A DNA stretch of 8,569 nucleotides from NCBI GenBank assembly GCA_003559395.1, contig PWLL01000053.1, positions 1 to 8,569 on the forward strand. The letters are read 5' to 3'. The DNA is from Candidatus Iainarchaeum sp. (lineage in GTDB: Archaea; Iainarchaeota; Iainarchaeia; Iainarchaeales; CSSED10-239). The notes below the pieces were generated by a model that made no database searches, was not told where the DNA came from, and saw nothing but the letters and a program-made list of their open reading frames with translations. Below, piece after piece: positions 5,297 through 8,569 of this stretch; positions within the stretch are counted from its first letter, which is position 1; the number at the start of each line of letters is the position of its first letter. Both the position numbers and the translations under genes were made by a program.

Positions 5297-6592
5297 ATGT
5301 CAAAAACAAAACTCGAAACACCAAGAGGAACAAGAGACTTTCCTCCTGAAGAAAAAATAATAAGAGATAAAGTAATTAATCAAATAAAAGAAATATTTGA
5401 AAGATACGGTTACTCTCCACTAGAAACTCCAACCTTTGAAAAAATTGAAATCTTAGATGTAAAAAACAGTGCTGGAGAAAGCTCAGATATTGTTTCAGAG
5501 ATCTATAAGTTTAAAGATCAAGGAAATAGAGAGCTTGGACTAAGATATGAGTTTACTTTTGCGCTCGCACGATTTGTTGGACAAAACCCCCAACTTAAAC
5601 TACCATTTAAAAGATACCAAATAGGACCTGTTTTTAGAGACGGACCTATAAAATCCGGAAGATACAGAGAATTTTATCAATGTGATATAGATGTTGTTGG
5701 TCCTAAGTTTGGATTGATTGATGCAGAGATCTTGGCTGTTGTTAAGGATGTTTTTAAAAGTTTAGAACTTGATATTGATATAGAAGTAAATAATAGAAAA
5801 CTACTAAATGAGCTTATTAGTTTTTGTGAAATAGAAAAAGAACAAGCAACAGATGTTATAATTACAATTGATAAACTAAAAAAAATAGGGCTAGAAGCTA
5901 TTAAGCAAGAACTGATCACAAAAAAAATATCTGCAGAAAAAATCAACAAACTCTTAGAGATTCTTAAAAAAACTAAAGAAGGAAACAATCAACAAAAGCT
6001 AGAAATTTTTAAAGAAATCTTAGGAGAACCAGAAGCAATAAAAGAACTTCAGGTGTTTTTTGAAAATTTAAGCTTGTTTAAAGTTGATGTTGTGTTTAAT
6101 CCTACGCTTGCTAGAGGTCTTGCATATTATACAGGACCCATCTATGAAGTCTTCTTAAAAGAACAAAAACTTATGAGTGGTTCTCTTGCTGGAGGAGGGC
6201 GCTGGGATCAGATGATTGGAAAATATATTGGTAATGAAAAACTTAACACGCCTGCTGTTGGACTTGCTTTTGGAATCGAGCCTATCTTAGAGATTATTAA
6301 AAAAAGAAAAGGACTTGTTAAAAAAAGTGTTGCAAATCTTTTGATTGTTCCTATCGGAAATACTCTAGAAAAAACTATTGAAATAACTCAACAACTAAGA
6401 GAAAGAGGAAAAAAAGTAATTGTTGATCTTCAAAAAAGAAACATCTCTAAAAACCTAGACTATGCTGATAAACTAGGTGTTCCTTATGTTGGCTTTCTTG
6501 GAGAAGACGAACTTAAACAAAATAAAATAAAAATAAAAACTCTTGCAACTGGAGAGGAAAAACTAATCGATATAGATAAGATAGATATCTAA
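5297..6592 (+). CDS. hisS: Histidine--tRNA ligase (HisRS), 431 aa
   Basis: Class IIa motifs are present: motif 2 GRYREFYQCDIDVVG, the His-binding GGGRWDQMI, and motif 3 AVGLAFGIEPI. A C-terminal anticodon-binding domain follows (LLIVPIG...VIVDL...ADKLGVPYVGFLGEDE). TAA stop. Confidence 0.95.
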   Translation: MSKTKLETPRGTRDFPPEEKIIRDKVINQIKEIFERYGYSPLETPTFEKIEILDVKNSAGESSDIVSEIYKFKDQGNRELGLRYEFTFALARFVGQNPQLKLPFKRYQIGPVFRDGPIKSGRYREFYQCDIDVVGPKFGLIDAEILAVVKDVFKSLELDIDIEVNNRKLLNELISFCEIEKEQATDVIITIDKLKKIGLEAIKQELITKKISAEKINKLLEILKKTKEGNNQQKLEIFKEILGEPEAIKELQVFFENLSLFKVDVVFNPTLARGLAYYTGPIYEVFLKEQKLMSGSLAGGGRWDQMIGKYIGNEKLNTPAVGLAFGIEPILEIIKKRKGLVKKSVANLLIVPIGNTLEKTIEITQQLRERGKKVIVDLQKRNISKNLDYADKLGVPYVGFLGEDELKQNKIKIKTLATGEEKLIDIDKIDI

Positions 6593-6622
6593 GATTCTTA
6601 AAAACTATAAACAAGATTTGTT

Positions 6623-8383
6623 ATGATAACATCAAAAGAACTTAAAAATAAATTTATTGAATTTTTTAAAAAAAAAGACCATCAAGAGATTGATTTTTCA
6701 CCACTTATTCCTGAAAATGACCCAACTGTTCTTTTTACAACTGCTGGAATGCATCCGTTAGTGCCTTTTCTTTTAGGTCAAGAACATCCTTTAGGAAAAA
6801 AAATAGTAGGCAACCAAATATGCATAAGAACAACAGATATAGAAGAAGTTGGAGATAAAACACACTTTACTTTTTTTGAAATGCTTGGAAATTGGAGTCT
6901 TGGAGATTATTTTAAAAAACAAGCAATCGAGTATGCTTTTGAGTTTTTAACAAACAAAGAATTTGGTTTAGGTTTATTAAAGGAAAAACTTGCTTTTACT
7001 TGCTTTTCTGGAAAAGAAAAGATTCCTAAAGATCAAGATGCTTTTGATTTTTGGAAAGAAATAGGCGTTAATGAAAAAAGAATTGCATTTATAGAAGATA
7101 ACTGGTGGGGGCCTGTAGGAAACACAGGACCATGTGGACCTGATTCTGAAATTTTCTATTGGACATCCAAAGAAGAAGTTCCAGAAACTTTTGATCCTGA
7201 AGATGATAGATGGGTGGAGATCTGGAATCTTGTGTTTATGGAACATAATAAAAAACAAGATGGAGAGTTAGAACCACTAAACCAAAAAAACATAGATACT
7301 GGTTTTGGAGTAGAAAGAGTTACTGCGATCTTAAACAATCAAGATGATGTTTTTTTTACAGAAAAACTAAACAGTATACTTAGATTTGTAGAAAAGTTGT
7401 CAGAAAACCCGATAAATCAAGCAAACTTATCATCATATAAGATAATTGTGGACCATATACGAACATCTACGTTTATCTTAGGGGACGATAGGGCAATAAT
7501 CCCTTCTAATGTTGATCAAGGATACGTGTTAAGAAGATTAATAAGACGAGCTATAAGACATGGAACGATGCTAGGCATAAATACCTCTTTTGTTTCAAAA
7601 GTTTCTGAAAAAATTATAGAAAACTATAAAGAAGAGTTTCCACATATTCAAAAAAACAAAACCTTTATCCTAGAACAACTTACCAAAGAAGAAAATAGGT
7701 TTAAGGAAACAATAGTTAAAGGGCTAAGTGTTTTTTATAAAGTTATAGAATATAAAGAAGAAATTTCTGCAAAAAACGCATTTTTGCTCTATCAGAGCTA
7801 TGGCTTTCCTATAGAGATGATTGTTGAGATTGCTAAAGAAAATAATAAACAAGTAGATGTTGATGGGTTCTATAAAGAATATGAAATACACAAAAAACTA
7901 TCAAGACAAGGTGCAGAAAAAAAGTTTAAAGGAGGACTTTCGGATCATTCAGAAAATACGAAAAAACTTCATACTGCAACACATATCTTAAACCAAGCTT
8001 TAAGAGAAATAATTTCTTCAGATATAAAACAAAAAGGCTCAAACATTACTTCTGAAAGACTAAGATTTGATTTTAATTTTTCTAGAAAACTAACGCCTGA
8101 AGAGCTTAAAAAAATAGAAGCTAGAGCAAATGAAGTAATTAATAAAGATATGATTATAGAAAAAGAAATGATGCCACTAAAAGAAGCACTTGAATCAGGA
8201 GCACAATCAGAGTTTGGAGCAAGATATCCTGAGAAAGTCTGGGTGTATACGATAGGTGATTTTACAAAAGAAATCTGTACAGGACCACATGTTCAAAGAA
8301 CTTCAGAGCTAGGTTATTTTAAGATTGTTAAAGAACAGTCTGTTGCTGCTGGTGTTAGAAGAATAAAAGCTGTTTTGGAGTAG
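6623..8383 (+). CDS. alaS: Alanine--tRNA ligase (AlaRS), short 586-aa form that ends after the editing-domain motifs
   Basis: Bacterial AlaRS N-terminus: FIEFFKKKDHQEI..SPLIP.NDPTVLFTTAGM, HFTFFEMLGNWSLGDYFK, WWGPVGNTGPCGPDSEIFY, IWNLVFM, DTGFGVERV. Editing-domain Zn motifs are HTATHILNQALR and CTGPHV. The protein ends ...GVRRIKAVLE at a TAG stop. Confidence 0.95.
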   Translation: MITSKELKNKFIEFFKKKDHQEIDFSPLIPENDPTVLFTTAGMHPLVPFLLGQEHPLGKKIVGNQICIRTTDIEEVGDKTHFTFFEMLGNWSLGDYFKKQAIEYAFEFLTNKEFGLGLLKEKLAFTCFSGKEKIPKDQDAFDFWKEIGVNEKRIAFIEDNWWGPVGNTGPCGPDSEIFYWTSKEEVPETFDPEDDRWVEIWNLVFMEHNKKQDGELEPLNQKNIDTGFGVERVTAILNNQDDVFFTEKLNSILRFVEKLSENPINQANLSSYKIIVDHIRTSTFILGDDRAIIPSNVDQGYVLRRLIRRAIRHGTMLGINTSFVSKVSEKIIENYKEEFPHIQKNKTFILEQLTKEENRFKETIVKGLSVFYKVIEYKEEISAKNAFLLYQSYGFPIEMIVEIAKENNKQVDVDGFYKEYEIHKKLSRQGAEKKFKGGLSDHSENTKKLHTATHILNQALREIISSDIKQKGSNITSERLRFDFNFSRKLTPEELKKIEARANEVINKDMIIEKEMMPLKEALESGAQSEFGARYPEKVWVYTIGDFTKEICTGPHVQRTSELGYFKIVKEQSVAAGVRRIKAVLE

Positions 8384-8446
8384 CTTACAAAATTTCTTTT
8401 AGAAAACTTAATAAATTACTTAGGGTCTATTAACTTCTTGAGTGTT

Positions 8447-8569
8447 ATGAAGTTCATATTAAAATTTTTGATTATTTTTTTTGTTCTTGTGGTTGTTCTT
8501 TTTTATATAAAACAAGATATACAGATACAAGAAGTTTCAGAAATACAAGAAGTTTCAGAAATACAAGAA
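8447..8569 (+). CDS. 5' end of a membrane-anchored or secreted protein with an (EVSEIQ)n repeat, truncated by the window edge
   Basis: From the ATG at 8447 the sequence reads MKFILKFLIIFFVLVVVLFYIKQDIQIQEVSEIQEVSEIQE and is still open at the window end. The N-terminus looks like a hydrophobic signal or anchor. It is absent from the ORF track only because it is short and open-ended. Confidence 0.45.
   Translation, partial: MKFILKFLIIFFVLVVVLFYIKQDIQIQEVSEIQEVSEIQE
8525..8569 (+). repeat. 18-nt perfect tandem repeat (ATACAAGAAGTTTCAGAA), 2.5 copies, running off the window
   Basis: Copies at 8525-8542 and 8543-8560 are identical, and 8561-8569 starts a third. The unit length is a multiple of 3 and it is in frame with the ORF from 8447. 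Confidence 0.9.

Noticed and set aside
8525-8569. Tandem repeats at the window end as a CRISPR array
   Set aside because: The 18-nt units are directly adjacent with no spacers, in frame with an ORF, and far shorter than CRISPR repeats.
1-8569. Mobile element, prophage or defence-island content
   Set aside because: I could not recognise any integrase, transposase, terminal inverted repeats, att-like duplications of the tRNA 3' ends, toxin partner for the AbrB-like gene, or nuclease/helicase/ATPase ORFs. Apart from the surface and membrane proteins, the content is housekeeping.

Overview
Very AT-rich, gene-dense window with every supported gene on the + strand. It looks like a reduced bacterial genome: an HU-type histone-like protein, a bacterial-type AlaRS and a tRNA-His with an encoded G-1:C73. 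Order of features: (1) a large GLUG-repeat (GGxVG) surface or exoprotein; (2) three consecutive orphan small polytopic membrane proteins, with a tRNA-Arg(GCG) between the second and third; (3) a structured intergenic element; (4) HU; (5) a small tandem AbrB/MraZ-like gene broken by a +1 frame change at an A4C4 run; (6) tRNA-His(GUG) directly upstream of its cognate hisS; (7) a short alaS of 586 aa with no C-Ala domain; (8) the start of a membrane-anchored protein carrying an 18-nt tandem coding repeat. Main finding: the two big ORFs in the track (45..1805 and 1959..3200) are in the same frame, separated by a single TGA. The supposedly non-coding gap between them encodes two more perfect GGFVG repeats, and the TGA falls on the conserved Gly column of the repeat unit (S-x-G-x-V-x-G). 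No other complete CDS here needs TGA as a terminator. This points to UGA=Gly recoding (translation table 25, known from Absconditabacteria/SR1 and Gracilibacteria). A GGA>TGA nonsense mutation cannot be excluded from one window. I found no CRISPR array, rRNA, transposase or integrase.
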